From Podarcis melisellensis (lineage: Eukaryota), in assembly GCA_964234715.1 (NCBI GenBank), contig OZ174278.1: DNA of 64,000 nt, one strand, 5' to 3'. A model generated the notes under the pieces. The model saw only the letters and a program-made list of their open reading frames with translations, ran no database searches and was not told the DNA's origin. A program made the position numbers and the translations under genes. Positions 25,609 through 46,184 of the stretch are shown in pieces (positions within the stretch are counted from its first letter, which is position 1; each line of letters begins with the position of its first letter).

Positions 25609-27139
25609 ATTGGAAGGTGTCATAGTAAACAGCTAATCATGTCCCAAGTTTCTTAGATGCCTGACCACGCAGTTGCATTTTACTTGTGCTGTAGTAGTAT
25701 AGTCTTGGTCCAAACACCAGCCTATGTGGATGCTTGAAACTGTTAGTCAGAGTGTGGGATGAAATGTTGGGAAATTGTAAATAGATGCCACTTGTCAGTA
25801 TCAGAAGTAGGATGAACGAACAACAGGAACATCAAAGGTGACAAATCCAACAGTCAAGTCCTTCCCTTCTTCATAGTCTGCCATCCTTTATATACTGCCA
25901 TCCTTTCAGCTGGCCATGAAAAGAAAGAGGTGGTGATAGATTTGGTTTTAAAAAGCAGTCACAGTAACAGCACCAAACATACACACAAGAAGGGATTGTG
26001 GATAGAGAAATAGTTTAATCGCAGGTATTGGTGTAGACTTATTTAATATCAACAGAAACAGGTTCCGAATAAACGAAATTCAGTTTCTTTATGGTTCAAC
26101 GGGTAAGATGTTCTGGGCCTACTTTACACGCAACAGTTTTTAAAGGACTGGATAATTTCTGTACATTCTTTGTGGGCTTGCAGGAGCTTAGACAACTGGT
26201 AGACATGCTTGTTTCCCAAATGTCTTTTAGCCTCCTTCCCATCTCTTATGCCTGATGCCGTGCCTTCTTCTGATCAAACCTCTATCTCCTGCAAGACAGG
26301 TTCCCTTGAACCATCCCACCCCTTACTCAAACCAGCTTTACTTTCCTGCCCCTCCATCTCTCCCCTGGCCTACTGCCAATACGTCTTTGGCTTCATCCAA
26401 ATCCATGTCTTGTTCCATCTATTGTAACCTACAAGTCCCCTCTAGGTGAGGACCATGTCAAGTCTGCCTTCTGTACCCAGGCACATCACTGAAGTGAACC
26501 AAAATGTTAAATAGCAACAGTTTGCATTCAAAACAGCTCTTACAGACTTTTATTTAAAAAGGAAAAAAATCAGGAATCAATGACATTTCAGACTTGTTTG
26601 TTGCGATCTCAAGCATCATTTTTTGCTACCTGCAGTTCAGATGTCAGCTACCGAAAAGCCCCTTGAAAACATGCAGTTCACAGAGAAAGCTAATCAGTCT
26701 TAAGATTTTAAAACTTATACCAGTGTAGGTGACATTTAAATTTTTCCCTTGGAAAGTATCGAATAACTCAGGAGGTAGCCACCGAGCCATACAAAATGTT
26801 TAATTTATTAAAACACTCCAACTATTAGTAAAGTGGGTGTCCTGCATGCAGATGTCTTAGGCACCAAAACAGGGGGAGATAAAGAGATGGGGAGGTAGGG
26901 GTGTGCACCGGGAAAATGGTTACTTTTCTTCTTTTGGATTTACAAATATTTTGGTAATTCCTTTCTTTTGTAAAACTTTCATTAGTATTCAGTTAATTTG
27001 GATTTAGTTCCTCCCTTTTTTCATATTTCAATTATGATTATTTTTTGGAAATAATTGTCTTCAGGTTCAATCCCCAGCATCTCCAGTTAAAAGAATTTCA
27101 AGCAGCAGAGCTAGCAAATACAGATGTAAATGTGCATTA

Positions 27140-27472
27140 AGGGCATGCACACACTTCTTCATGCCACGCAGAGTTAAACTATGGAACTCAATCTTGCAGG
27201 GGGCAGTGGCGGCAACCAACTTAGATGGATTATACAAATTCATGAGGGTAAGGCTATCAATGTCTACTAGTCGCAATTGCTATGCTCTGCCTTCGCAGTT
27301 GGAGGCAAGTACCGCTTCTGAATGTCAGTTGCTGGAACCCAATGGAGGAGAGAATGCTCTTGTGCTCATATCCTGCTTGCTAGTTTCCCACAAGCAACTG
27401 TTCACCCTCTGAGAGAACAGGATGCTGGACTAGATGGGCCATTGGCCTTACCCAGAAGGCTCTTCTTATGTA
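27140..27472 (+). mobile_element. CR1 LINE 3' fragment
   Basis: RVKLWNS...AATNLDG ORF2 tail and CR1 3'UTR. Confidence 0.75.
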
Positions 27473-28125
27473 TGTTGTGCATTCAGTGCAGGATGTAAGC
27501 ACCTTTGGGGAGTGCTGGACAAATGACATCACCCCATGTTGTCCCTGCTCCACACTATTTGTCCAATTAAAGCCCATTCTGCTGGGCTCTCTCTTTGGAA
27601 AGAGTATATATATATATTGTTTTGCAAAAACTCAGCAGAACCACTAACTGAATGTAAGGCAATGGAGAACACTATTGTGTACTAGTTTGAAAATAAGCCC
27701 ACCTGTGTGTACAGACATCCCTCGTAGTAGCTGCTGGTTTAGATGCTGTTATTGTGCATAGGTGTGTACACTGTAAAAACAACTCCTGCACATTTCAGAG
27801 GCTGCCTGTGTACATAGCCTAAATCAAACTATCTAGGGCAGTATTGTGTGACTTGAAGCAGTTCTCTCTTAAGGTCTCAGGAAAGGTTTTCTTCCAGCTC
27901 TGCTACGTGAGAAAAACTCTGCTGGAGCTAGCCAAATGGCCATTTAGTTCATCACCCTGTTCTCACAGTGGCCAACCAGTTTGTTGTTTTCCTGTTTTTA
28001 GCAGGTCCATATATATATATATATACCTGTAAGTTGCCTTGAGTCCCATCAGGGGTATGTATAAATTTATAACAATAGTAATACAGGGAGACCCACAAGC
28101 TAGACATTCACGGCATTCTTTTAAC

Positions 28126-28470
28126 CAGTATGCCTGAAGGAGCGTCTCCACCCCCATCGTTTTACCCGGACACTGAGGTCCAGCACCGAGGGCCTTCTGG
28201 CAGTTCCCTCACTGCGAGAAGCCAAGTTACAGGGAACCAGGCAGAGGGCCTTCTCGGTAGTGGCACCCTCCCTGTGGAACGCCCTCCTACCAGATGTCAA
28301 AGAGAACAACTACCAGACTTTTAGAAGACATCTGAAGGCAGCTCTGTTTAGGGAAGCTTTTAATGTTTGATGTATTGCAGTGTTTTAGTATTTTTTTGGA
28401 AGCCGCCCAGAGTGGCTGGGGAAGCCCAGCCAGATGGGCGGGGTATAAATAAATTATTATTATTATTATT
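28126..28470 (+). mobile_element. L2-clade LINE 3' fragment
   Basis: Same family as 21121; (TTA)n tail. Confidence 0.8.
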
Positions 28471-28619
28471 ATGAAAATGTTGACAACTGAACCTGGAATT
28501 TTCAGTATCTCGAACATGTGCTCTGGCATTGTGCTGTGGCCTCTCTCCCTAGCTCCAAGCTGAAGGAGGCGGCTGCTGCTGCGAATACTTTCATTATCTT
28601 ACCAGATGGTGGCAGAACA

Positions 28620-28625
28620 TTTATT
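28620..28625 (-). terminator. Candidate NXPE3 polyadenylation signal (AATAAA)
   Basis: AATAAA on minus strand ~230 nt past the stop; more distal signals at ~26550 and ~26805. Confidence 0.35.
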
Positions 28626-28853
28626 GTAGTGAGAATGGCAAGTGGAGCTGTGGACACCTTCATTCTCAGGTGTGCATTGTAAAGAGGTATCCACACATAT
28701 AGTCTTACTTTTTAGAAAATTAAAACAACCAGTCCCCAGACATTCCAAGTATGAATTATGTATGCTACAGTGCAGGCTTGGAGAATCAGATGCAGGTTAG
28801 GGGTACCCCAAATCAGCAACAAAGAACTAGTGCAGAACGTGTCCGTAAGTGAA

Positions 28854-35346
<6,493 letters not shown>

Positions 35347-35905
35347 GATCCCTTCATCTCTCTCTCACCCACGTAAGATGCTGCCATGTTGCCCATATCC
35401 CACAGGCGCCAGTGTCATTGTTACTCAGTGTTACACAGGAAATCTCATCCGGAGGCTTCCGCTGCATTTCCTCTTCCTGCAAATGCATTTTTAAAAGCTT
35501 CCAGTTAGATCTTAAAATACATCTAAAATAATAAAAAATGGGTTTCCCACATGACATTCAGGAGTGTTAGAAGCATAAATCAAGCAATTGTTTTTTTAAA
35601 AAGGGAACCGGAAAGAAAAACAGATAATGGCATGGCAAATCCTCATTATATCTCAGCTGAGGCAGAACGGCTGTTTAGCATTAAAGATACCTTTTCAATG
35701 TTGCTTTTGGCTACACCAATAGTAAAACAAACAGATAATAAGTCTTGCACCAGAATTTGTAACCAATCCCCAGTGAAATTAATTCATTTACCTGAATGGA
35801 TTTTTTCAGAGTCCAGCCGTCCTGAGAACACTACCAGATTAAGGGCCTCTCCATTCTACCCTATGGTGCCTTTGTCCATGACAGAGGTGGGATATTTCTT
35901 CTCTA

Positions 35906-36267
35906 AAGTAAAGGTAAAGGTATCCCTGCCCGTACGGGCCAGTCTTGACAGACTCTGGGGTTGTGCGCCCATCTCACTTAAGAGGCCAGGGGCCAGCGCT
36001 GTCCGGAGACACTTCCGGGTCACGTGGCCAGCGTGACAAAGCTGCATCTGGCGAGCCAGAGCCGCACACGGAAACGCCGTTTACCTTCCCGCTGGTAAGC
36101 GGTCCCTATTTATCTACTTGCACCCGGAGGTGCTTTCGAACTGCTAGGTTGGCAGGCGCTGGGACCGAGCAGCGGGAGCGCACCCCGCCACAGGGATTCG
36201 AACCGCCGACCTTTCGATCGGCAAGTCCTAGGCGCTGAGGCTTTAACCCACAGCGCCACCTGCGTCC
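35906..36267 (-). mobile_element. Sauria SINE (young subfamily) in an NXPE3 5' intron
   Basis: ~98% identical by eye to 10508-10869; TSD tttcttctcta. Confidence 0.93.
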
Positions 36268-36942
36268 TTTCTTCTCTAGAAAGCCGCTAATTCAGCAAGT
36301 GGTTTACAGTATACGGACATAATACCAGAAGACCTATTTTTATTTCCTCCTTTTCTTCACTCTTTTCATAGTTTTCCCTCAGCCCAATGCCTATTATTTC
36401 AAGCTCCCTCTACACCTCAGCCTTCTTCTCTGCACTTCCCAACTGCCTGACATCCCCATTTCTTCTTTTCCACCTCCCTGCTGATAGCTTCTCTTGTCCT
36501 TAAGCCCTATGTGAAGATGTGTTAAGACTCAAACTAACATTTCACTTCCCTTTCTGTAGCTAAACAGGCAATAAACTAATTGCTGTGTTTGCCAGAGCAG
36601 TTAGAATATCTGTGAGCATTCTAGAACTTCAGCACAGTTCAGCTAATGGATGGCCAACAGCACGCAATTCTTAGCCTTTCAGCATCACTTTGAAATCTCC
36701 TGTTTTAAGAAAGCTACATGAATTTCAAGACCCTAGATTTAATTTAGGAAACATCCTAATGCTAAACTGAATTATTCTTTTTCCTCTCTCGGTTCTTTCT
36801 GAACACCACAATTGGCAATGCAACCCAACACATACAATATATTGCTAGCTGGGCAATATAGAATCTACTCAGTGGAAGATGGTTGTGAAATTCTATTTAA
36901 GAATACACTGAAATAAACAAATTAAAAGACAGAGAGACTTAC

Positions 36943-37060
36943 TCTGAATAAACTTTGCAGTTTTAAGACTCGGTCGGTGCTTGCATTATAGGGCACTGAA
37001 TATTTAACAACGATCATCCGAAGGCTGCTGCTTCCATTGACCTTTGCCTTCTTTCAGGGT
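36943..37060 (-). other. NXPE3: Predicted NXPE3 5'UTR exon (118 nt)
   Basis: Minus-strand tttacag| acceptor and AGA|gtaagt donor, lying between the CpG-island donor (41173) and the ATG-exon acceptor (35476); inferred, no transcript data. Confidence 0.55.
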
Positions 37061-39064
37061 CTGTAAATTGATTCAATTATTCCTGTTTATGCTCCAGAAA
37101 ACTATTCCAGGGACACATTATGAAACAAGATGCATTTTGTGAACTATTCCAGTAAGGATGGGTTTCTGTTAATGTGCTTTCACTTCACTCCATTATGAAA
37201 GAGAATGAATTCTAATTAGCTAGCGAATCCTAATAATACAGTAAGCACTTACAAAATTAATGCTATGAAGCAGAACATGGCCACACAGATACATATTTAA
37301 AAATAATCTGTGCTCCTGCAGTGCAGAGACCACGTGTTAATCATTGCACAGATTGTATAAAGGGATTACAGAGATCATATGATATTCTGAAAGATGACTC
37401 CACATTATAAGGGGGAACACATGCTTGAGAATAGATTAATAAAAGGGGGAATCCTACTGTTTTATTTGTATGAATAAACAAGCTGCAAGGTCCAAGAAGG
37501 GTGGTCATTTCAGATCCAGGCACTCTTGGTTATAGAGATGTGTTCAGACTGCTGTGCAAGAACAAAAACAAAGGTAGCCAGGAGCAGCACGACACTACAG
37601 GTGCTATTTGTTCCATCTGCAGCTGGCTTTCCTCTTCTTCCCTCCTGCAAAACACATAAGGCCTTGCTTAAGATTTATGTCAAATAGTGCAAGGCCAGTC
37701 TGTATTAAAGACCACTTAGTGGAATCTTTCCACAGGGGCCTCCTGCACTCAGACAACATGACCTACTTTCTACTATCATCGAGAGGCAGATAGGGTTTTC
37801 ACTGTGGCAAAACCCTTTTATTGGAACAAGCTCCCTCCTCTGCCCCCACCCTTTAAAACATGTCTGGTTTATTTAGAGCCGTGGTTTCCACATACGAACA
37901 GCCTGCGCCCCACATGAACATTTATGAGGACGGCTCACTTACTTTTTTCCTTCTGCCTGTTGTAGCAATTGTAATGCACTGTGTTAGATGTTCTGTTGTT
38001 TTTAATTGCATTTTTACAAATCACAAAGTAGCCGGGAGCATCTAACTGCCAGCCACAGTTTGTGAACCCCAGATTTGGAGCCAATCAGCAAACCTAACTT
38101 TCCCATGGGTGGGTTTCAAATTAGCAAGTGATACTAAACACTCCACCCTCAAAGGCCTCAAGTCTCAAAGCAAAATTCCAATCCTCAAAGTGCTTGTTTG
38201 GGGGGGGGGGAGAAGCCAAGACTTTTCCTTGGAGGCAGAATCAGAAACCTCCAACTTGCTATGTCCCCTAGGACTAGTCTAGGCTAGTAACTGTATGTGG
38301 ATTTTCATATTCTACCACTGTTCTGATCTAGTTGTGTGTGAATACTGAGAACCACATACAGATACTGCCTTATGGCTACTCCATGGAGTAATTCCACTAA
38401 CTACTTAGGTTCATAAATTTCCATGGATCCAATGGATACAACCCTTAGTAACTTTCTAAGTTCCAACCAGCAAACTACCATCAGTTCAGAACTAGCAGAG
38501 AGAATTTAAAAACCATCTTTTCAGCGGGTTTCTTTTCTGAATTGCCTATAGTTTTGGATGCCTTTAACTCTGTGGGAATCCAAATGGGATAGTTCTGCAT
38601 GTTCAATAACAACTCTGCATGCCTAAAATGCCAGTTAAATAAGCAGTCTGAAGAACGAGGCTGAAGCTAGAAAGAGCCCCATATAAAGAGTTTGGAGTGG
38701 GGTCCTCAGACCTTCTCTTGGGATATAGCATTCTAAGAGCTCTATCTAAATGCAGTTCCTAATTTGGAGTAGAAATAAATAATTAGGATCTGCTAGCAGG
38801 AAAAAACAACAACTCTTCAGTGAACCCCAAAGCTACAGATTCTAGTCAGACTTTGCAAGATCCAGTGTAAAAAGGGGTGGCCAAACCTACCCAGGCCAGC
38901 AGGTTTGTGAAAACGAGTTCAAATGATGCCATAGCTGGACCCCACATGCTTTACTATTCTTACTCAGATACTATAGGTTCTTCATCATAGGTTCTATTCA
39001 ATCACCGTAAGCCATAGACTATGGCTTACCATGACATGCAAAGACAGTATGTGCCAGCTATGAA

Positions 39065-40100
39065 AAATGGAATTTCCCTGTGAGAGATCATTAGCAAAGG
39101 GATCAAAAACAGAACTGCAAATATCATAATGCCTTTATCCAAATCTATGGTGCGACCACACTTGGAATACCATTTGCAGTTCTGGTTGCTGTATTTCAAA
39201 AAAAGAGATATTGCAGAATTTTAAAAGATGCAGCCAAACTAATAAGGGAGTAGAGCGAGTGGGAAAAGGGTAGGGTAGAGTAGGGTACTGGACATAATAA
39301 AGGTGTAGAAAATTACTCAAGGTATGGAGATAGTGGATAAACATGAGGTTTTCTCCCTTTCTTATAATACTAGAATCTGGGATCATCCAATGAAGCTGAA
39401 AAGTGAGGGATTCAGGACAGCCAAAATGAAGTACTGAAGCACACACACAATTATACCATGGCATTCACTACCACAAGATCTGGTGATGGCCCCTAGTTTA
39501 AGGTGGTTTTAAATGGGGCTGGACAAACTCATGAAAGCTATCAGCAACTCCTCACCATCATAGCTATACTACCTCCACATGGGTGGCGCTGTGGTCTAAA
39601 CTACTGAGCCTCTTGGGCTTGCTGATCAGGAGGTTGGTAGTTTGAATCCCTGCGACGGGATGAGCTCCCATTGCTCAGTCCCAGCTCCTGCCAACCTAGC
39701 AGTTTGAAAGCACACCAGTGCAAGTAAATAGGTACCGCTGCAGCAGGAAGGTAAACATCGTTTCTGTGCGCTCTGGCACTCATCACCGTGTCCAGTTGTG
39801 CCAGAAGAAGTTTAGTCAGGCTGGCCACATGACCAGAAAAGCTGTCTGTGGACAAACGCCAGCTCCCTCGACCTGAAAGCCACACCCCATAGTCGCCTTT
39901 GACTGGACTTAACCATCCAGTGGTCCTTTACCACCCTTGTTTTTTTACTACCTCCAGCACCAGAGACACCATGGCTTTGAATACTAATTGCTGTGGGAAG
40001 ACAGCTATTGCCCTCATACTCTGCTTGGTGAGCCTCTCATAGGCATCTGAGTGACAGCTGTGGGAAAGAGATGCTGGGCTAGATCCAGCAAGATTCTCTC
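39065..40100 (+). mobile_element. CR1 LINE 3' portion interrupted by a Sauria SINE
   Basis: atggtgcgaccacacttggaatac (MVRPHLEY) CR1 ORF2 motif; 3'UTR resumes after the SINE. Confidence 0.75.
39578..39945 (+). mobile_element. Sauria SINE (older) nested in CR1
   Basis: Head GGGTGGCGCTGTGG; TSD tactacctcca. Confidence 0.88.
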
Positions 40101-40839
40101 AGGGTCTTCCCTAATCAGGATTTAGCTGCAGAAGAAGCTGAAATAAAATGAAGAGTACGACTGCCCCCCAAATCTTTAGAATCCTCTTTACAATCTTTGT
40201 GTATCCACCTGGGGACATTAAAAAAACATGGTCTGCAACAAGGATATACATACCCTCTGTATCCCCACCACCACCAGAGCCTTATGGGTTACAGCTGCTA
40301 GGAGGGGGTAGCACAGAGGAAGAGTTAAAGACCCCAGGACCACAAGTTCAGAGCCCCCAAAAGGCCTACATGAAAGGGCAAAACAGAAAGGTGTGAGTGG
40401 ATCCTATAAGAGATTCCCATGGAAGGTGCCCTAGAGCATTCAAGAACTTGTGAAGGAATAGATCAAATTCCAGAAGCTGTACCAAAAAATCCTTCGGACG
40501 TCAACAAGATCTAAAACAGAAAAGGTAAACTCAGGGGAAAGAAAGAACCTGCAGCCATATATATTGCTGAACCTTCAGTTATCAGGTTCAAATCCCAGCT
40601 CAGCCATGAAGCTTTAGCCAAGTCATTGCATCAATTCCTTTCCTTCTTCATTTTAATGCATTGCAAGTTCCTACTATTTTAGATGCTATCTGGAAATGTC
40701 AGTAAGACAATAACAAGGGAGGGGGAGGGAAGCACTATCTTGCAGGAATGACAGGAGGGTAAAAAAAAAAAGATGATCTATATGATATAAAGCTGACACC
40801 TTGGGATAGGGCTATAAAGCTTTCAAGAAATCCTAACGC

Positions 40840-41880
40840 TGCAGCCCGACTAACGGTCCCGCCCGAAGTGATAAAGTGCCTCCTTCCCTTCCCGCGCCGA
40901 TGGGCCGAATATGTTATACCGACGCTGGATCCAAGCTTCTCCCATGCAGGGACTACCTTCCCCTCCAAGCTCAGTCAGCGAGCAGAAACCGACCCTCCTT
41001 AGCAAGCGAAGGAACCCCTCGGAGAGCATACGCAGAGCGCTCTTCCCTGGTGAAATAAAGAGCCCCGAGCAAGAGGGGCTTCGGGGTCGCTGCAGGTCTG
41101 AGTCCTTCGCGACACCCCCATCCCCAAATAGGAAAAGCCTCCCGCGCCGGGGCGACTCGGCTCCCCACTCACCAGGGCCCTCGTGCCTCGCGGCGACCCA
41201 GCCCCTCCGACCCTCCTGAGCGACGGGAGGCGACTGCGAGGGAAGCCTCCCCTCCCGCGTCGCCCACCTCCTCTTTCGGGTGCTCAGCAGCTGCCCATTG
41301 GCTGCCCTCCGCTCGGAGGAGGGTTCGGCGGGCGAGACCACCGCGGAAAGGGGAATTCCTCACGAAGCGCCGGCGCCGCCTCCGCCCGCTGCTTCGCGGG
41401 GGTCGCTTGCAGATAGCGGCGCGCTCCCCTCCTCGCGCCCGGGAGGAAAGTCGTCCGCCCAGCCCCGACCGCGGCGGGCGGCGAGGTTCCTTTCGCTGGC
41501 TTGGCGTGTTGGACACCTGCCCGCCTTGCCTCGGCTCCTGTGCGCGCGCAGGGAGACTGGCATCTGGCGAGCAGCAGCGTCTCTTATCTTTGCTGCATCC
41601 TCGCTGTGCGAGGCGGTGCACTCCCCGCACTGCGGTCTGGCCTCGGCGCCTGTCTCCTGCCTCTCCTACCTGGCCTGCTGCGGTTCTTTCGCACCCCGCT
41701 CGCTGCGTTGCTTTGCTCCTCCCGGGCAAGGGCCTGGGGCTCGGGGTGGGTTGGTTTTCTGGGAGAATCTGGGGCGGGGTCCCTTCGACGCGGTCAGGTC
41801 ACTAGGAAGCAACGTGACGAGCGGAAAGCGCTTGCGATTTGTGAGCAGCGAAGGGAAGTGCGCTAAGAACACTCCCCGTT
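40840..41880 (-). promoter_or_regulatory. NXPE3: CpG island: NXPE3 promoter and non-coding first exon
   Basis: Very GC/CpG-rich; minus-strand CCAAT at ~41296-41300; strong donor CTG|gtgagt at 41173/41172. Confidence 0.75.
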
Positions 41881-42875
41881 AGAATTAAATTACATGTACC
41901 AGACTGCTGCTTCCTGTAATTCAGAAGCGCTGTTAAAATTAAATTGTATTTAATCGAATTATATTTGCCCAGAGTTGGGCTGGAGGAGCCAGGTACAAAA
42001 GGAGAGCAATTCGTTATTCCTAGAATCACATTGTAGAGTTGGAAGACAAATTGGAGTGGATCTGGAGCAGATTTGTGAGGCTGCACAGAGAGCTTGCAAG
42101 GGTGGGGAAAGTTCCATTGTCTTAGCAACTGTCTCTTGCATGAGTGGAACAGCAGCTTGGATACAATCTTTATTCGTTTTAGAGCAGTGTTCCACCACGT
42201 GCTCTCAAGATTGCAGGCTTGTATCCAATGCTGAACTGTACAAGCAGAGTTCCATAGCATGGCTTCTACCTTCCTCTCCTTGCTTGCCCCCAATATCTCC
42301 AAAGGGTCCGCCAACACAATGGAATAGATTTTGGAGGATGTCTGTTGTACAAGTGGAACAGCAGAGGTGGATATAACCTACTTTGTTTATAACTACTGAC
42401 TGACCTATGATTACCAATAGGCCATACTGTATTCTCAGATTCTCTCCTTCACCAGTTGTACTACTACCTTCCTTTCTGCTGCTGTGCATCACAATTCCCT
42501 TTTCCTCCTTTACAATTATGGTAATTCACAAGAAAGCAGAGCAGCTGTAGAACTAGAAAAAAAGTTGCTCTTCCTGTTTCATTTCCGAGTTCTCAGTCTG
42601 ACATCCTGCAACAAACACCACACTGACATAACCAGCCTCACAATTAAGTGAACCAGCTAATGCAAAGATGGCATTTGACTTTATTAAAGTTTAACTCAGA
42701 CTTTTACATATTTGACAGCTGATCATATAAATGTAACACACCTTTTAAGGATGCAGTGATAGAAAAGGAACCAGATTGTTATGTAAATTTGAGTACTTTT
42801 AACACTTACTCTTCCTTCCCCATCAGAAAACAAGAATTTTTGTGATCCTGTTTAATCTACATAATGCCACAATTT

Positions 42876-42877
<2 letters not shown>

Positions 42878-42926
<49 letters not shown>
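42878..42926. repeat. (TA)n microsatellite
   Basis: Direct reading. Confidence 0.95.
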
Positions 42927-42929
<3 letters not shown>

Positions 42930-45599
42930 CAAATGACACATAACCCTGCAGACTAGTCTCCCTGCCCCAAATGCTCATAATTAGCTTTTATGCTCTATGT
43001 AAGCAAAACATACTGGTATAAATTGTTCAGTATGACAAAGCTCAGAAAGTTTACACACTGGTATATACTGTGAATGTCTTAACATGCTAAAAGCCTTTTC
43101 ATTGTTACATGTCGACATCAACATACAAGCAAAATTAAATCTAAATGTATTTAATACAGTTAACTGAAAAGTGTTTGTGCATATGATTTTCAAGCTCCAC
43201 TGTCATAAACTATCAAAATTCTGAGGATTCTCTGATAATGTGATTTTCTGTGGCATCAGCTCTCTTACAAAATGTACCTTACATTTTGCACCTACAAAAT
43301 GTATTATCTTCCTCAGGATGCTTTTGAACAGCCTGTCGCAACCAAGTCTGGTCAGGCATTTCACCAGATTACAAGCAGAGAAAGAGTTCTCATGTTTCAA
43401 GCTGGACACGGCCAACCCATTTCACTGTCAATGAGACCGTTAGATTGCATCCAGACAATATTCCATTGTAGCATGAAAGCACTCCAGTGTAACTATTGGG
43501 CAGCCAGTGAGGCACTTGTCAAAATGTCATGACACAGGCCAGACTTTAGTAAGTGATCAAAATAGCTTTGGGCAGCAATCAGTGCTGTCCATGTGCAAGC
43601 AGAACGGACTTCAACCCATTATGAGGTGGGGCTTACTTTTCTCTCTCTTCCCCCCTGCAGTCCCCCCAAATGCCCCCCCAACCTGCTCCAGAGGTTTGGA
43701 GGTCCTCTGGGACAGATCAGGTGGCCATAGGGGAAGAGAAAGCTGTATTTTACAGGCGAAGTCTGCTCAAGTGGCATTTGCTTTCACCTTTCCTTTCCAG
43801 ATACATGCTTTGTTAATTTAACATTCTCTTTTGAGAGAGATGGGGGTCATTCCAGCACATCCCATGGAATTTTTTGGACATAGCAGGAAATAGTTTAAGA
43901 ATTCTAGGTATACTGCAATGTTCTGTGAGAATTTTTACTTAACTGGGCCAAGGTTGTAACACTGCAAGCTTCTAAAGTGTTGAGTCATTCAACACTTGCA
44001 GCTTTCTAATGGAAGACAGATTTCATTAACCCAGCTGGAAGGCAGATGTGCTTTGTTCCTTTATTCATTATAATATGCAGATATTATAATTCACAACGAT
44101 AGTTAAAAAATGTTCAAAATTAAGCTAACTGATTTAAAAGGGCGAAGTTCAAGTGCATGCTTAAAATTATCCCATTAAAACTAATGGGACCTAAAATACA
44201 TAACTATTTGAATTGTGCCTAGTGTTTTTAGACCTCTCTCTCTCTCTCTTGCACAAAACAGGCATTTAGCCAATTAACTACATGCCTGCAGCCCTTCTTG
44301 ATGCATTGGTCCTGTGCCTACAGGAATTAATTTAATCTAATGACCTATAATCAAAACAGACAATATAAATTCCTATGGGGGGAGTTATAAAATGAAAAGC
44401 AGTTATGTGGCTGTGATGTCAGTTCAAGACCCCTTAAGCAAATGCTCAAATGAAATCTATTAGATCTTACATTGCGTATCACTCCATTCTTGCATTCTAA
44501 AATACATGATGGTACATCTTGAAGCGATAGGCATTTACTTTTATAAAATGTCTATCCATATGTACGTGGCAAAATAATTCCTCCATTTTTGAAGTTGACA
44601 CATCATTTTTCAGACAGCCTATAACAGGAGTGGCATACTGGATCCTCACCTCACCCATGGGCCACTCTGACAGGTCAGCACAGCTGTGCACCAGTCAGTC
44701 ACCAGTCATCATGACCATATCAGATGACATCATCAAAGTTATCGATTTGAACCCAAACCACGCCTACAAACAGACAAAGTGGAACTGTCTGTTGGCACCC
44801 ATCACCTGATTAGGACTGTCCATTTACCAAGGAACAATTGGGAATGTTCTCAAGCATTCCTACCATCAGATGTGGATTAGGTAGGTGTGGTTTTGTGGGA
44901 GGGAACAGCCTCATAGGCCAAATTAGGGGGCCATACCAGGCCTCCTTAGGCTCACAGACCAGAGGTTCCCCACCACTATGCACAATCTTTGTTTAGGAAT
45001 TAAACAATATTGCTTGGATAGTGGTGGTACAAGTCACTATCTCATCTGAATTCTTCCAAGTCTTATGAATAAAAATACCTGTTTACCACTTGTGGCAGTA
45101 ACTATTCATAATAATTTTGAAAACCTGTCAAGAAGTTTACACCTGTAGAAACCAGTAAGCTCTGTGTGTCAATCTCTCGACAGTTGCAACTGGAAAAGGG
45201 AGAGCTTTCAAGTCTCCATTAATGCAGGAAACCCCTAGATCCATGTAGCCAATTCCCCTCCAACCACTGGTTTCTTACATCCCAACCACCAATGTCTTAG
45301 GTCCCAGCTAGGGTGCAGATAATGATTTGAACCAAGACATCTCCTAAGATAAAGTGGCAAACTACACCCTAAACTTCAGATGTTGCAGCACCAAGACATG
45401 CGCTAAAATAGCTGAAGTAGTATCCTAGAAACAGTTAATAACCATGGTCATATAACGCTCACATGTTAAAAAGAATGTCTCAGCCACATTCCCCAGAACG
45501 TGAACTGGTGAAAGAAGAACAATTCTGTTATTTTGATCTTTGGAATGCAGTGCTAGAAGCACTGCAACTTCCTTTCCAAGAATACTGTAGCCCTTGAAA

Positions 45600-45826
45600 G
45601 AAGAGGAGGAGTTTGGATTTGATATCCCGCTTTATCACTACCTGAAGAAGTCTCAAAGCGGCTAATATTCTCCTTTCCCTTCCTCCCCCACAACAAACAC
45701 TCTGTGAGGTGAGTGGGGCTGAGAGACTTCAGAGAAGTGTGACTGGCCCAAGGTCACCCAGCAGCTGCATGTGGAGGAGCGGAGACGCGAACCCGGTTCC
45801 CCAGATTACGAGTCTATCGCTCTTAT
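45600..45826 (-). mobile_element. tRNA-derived CORE/MIR-like squamate SINE
   Basis: ctgtgagg...ggctgagaga...cccaaggtcacccagc CORE-like segment; B-box-like ggttcgcgtc on minus strand. Confidence 0.7.
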
Positions 45827-46184
45827 CATACAGAAACTTCCCCCCAGGCTAAAATCCAAAAGAATTACATCATGGCAAATCCTCTTAGATAAAATACCCC
45901 TATGATAAAGGACTCTGTGATAAATGGAACTCAAGCAGCCATGTTTCTAAACTGATATTCAACTATTTCATCTTTCTTTCTTTTCTTTTTTTTAAAAGAT
46001 GACTTATAAATGAAAAAAGGCTGGCGAATAAAATATCCAAGCTATGGCTTAGTACCTGAGTTTAAGCATACATTTTCAAACTGTTGGTCAAAATACTTAA
46101 AAATTATTGACTGTGAATGTCTTAACCTTGTATAGCCATCAAATTATAAGTACTCAATGCAGCTATTTCAATTACTCCCATTGG

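Noticed and set aside
40850-41882. Many overlapping 100-200 aa ORFs on both strands
   Set aside because: Arg/Pro/Gly/Ala-rich products of a stop-poor CpG island; no recognisable protein.
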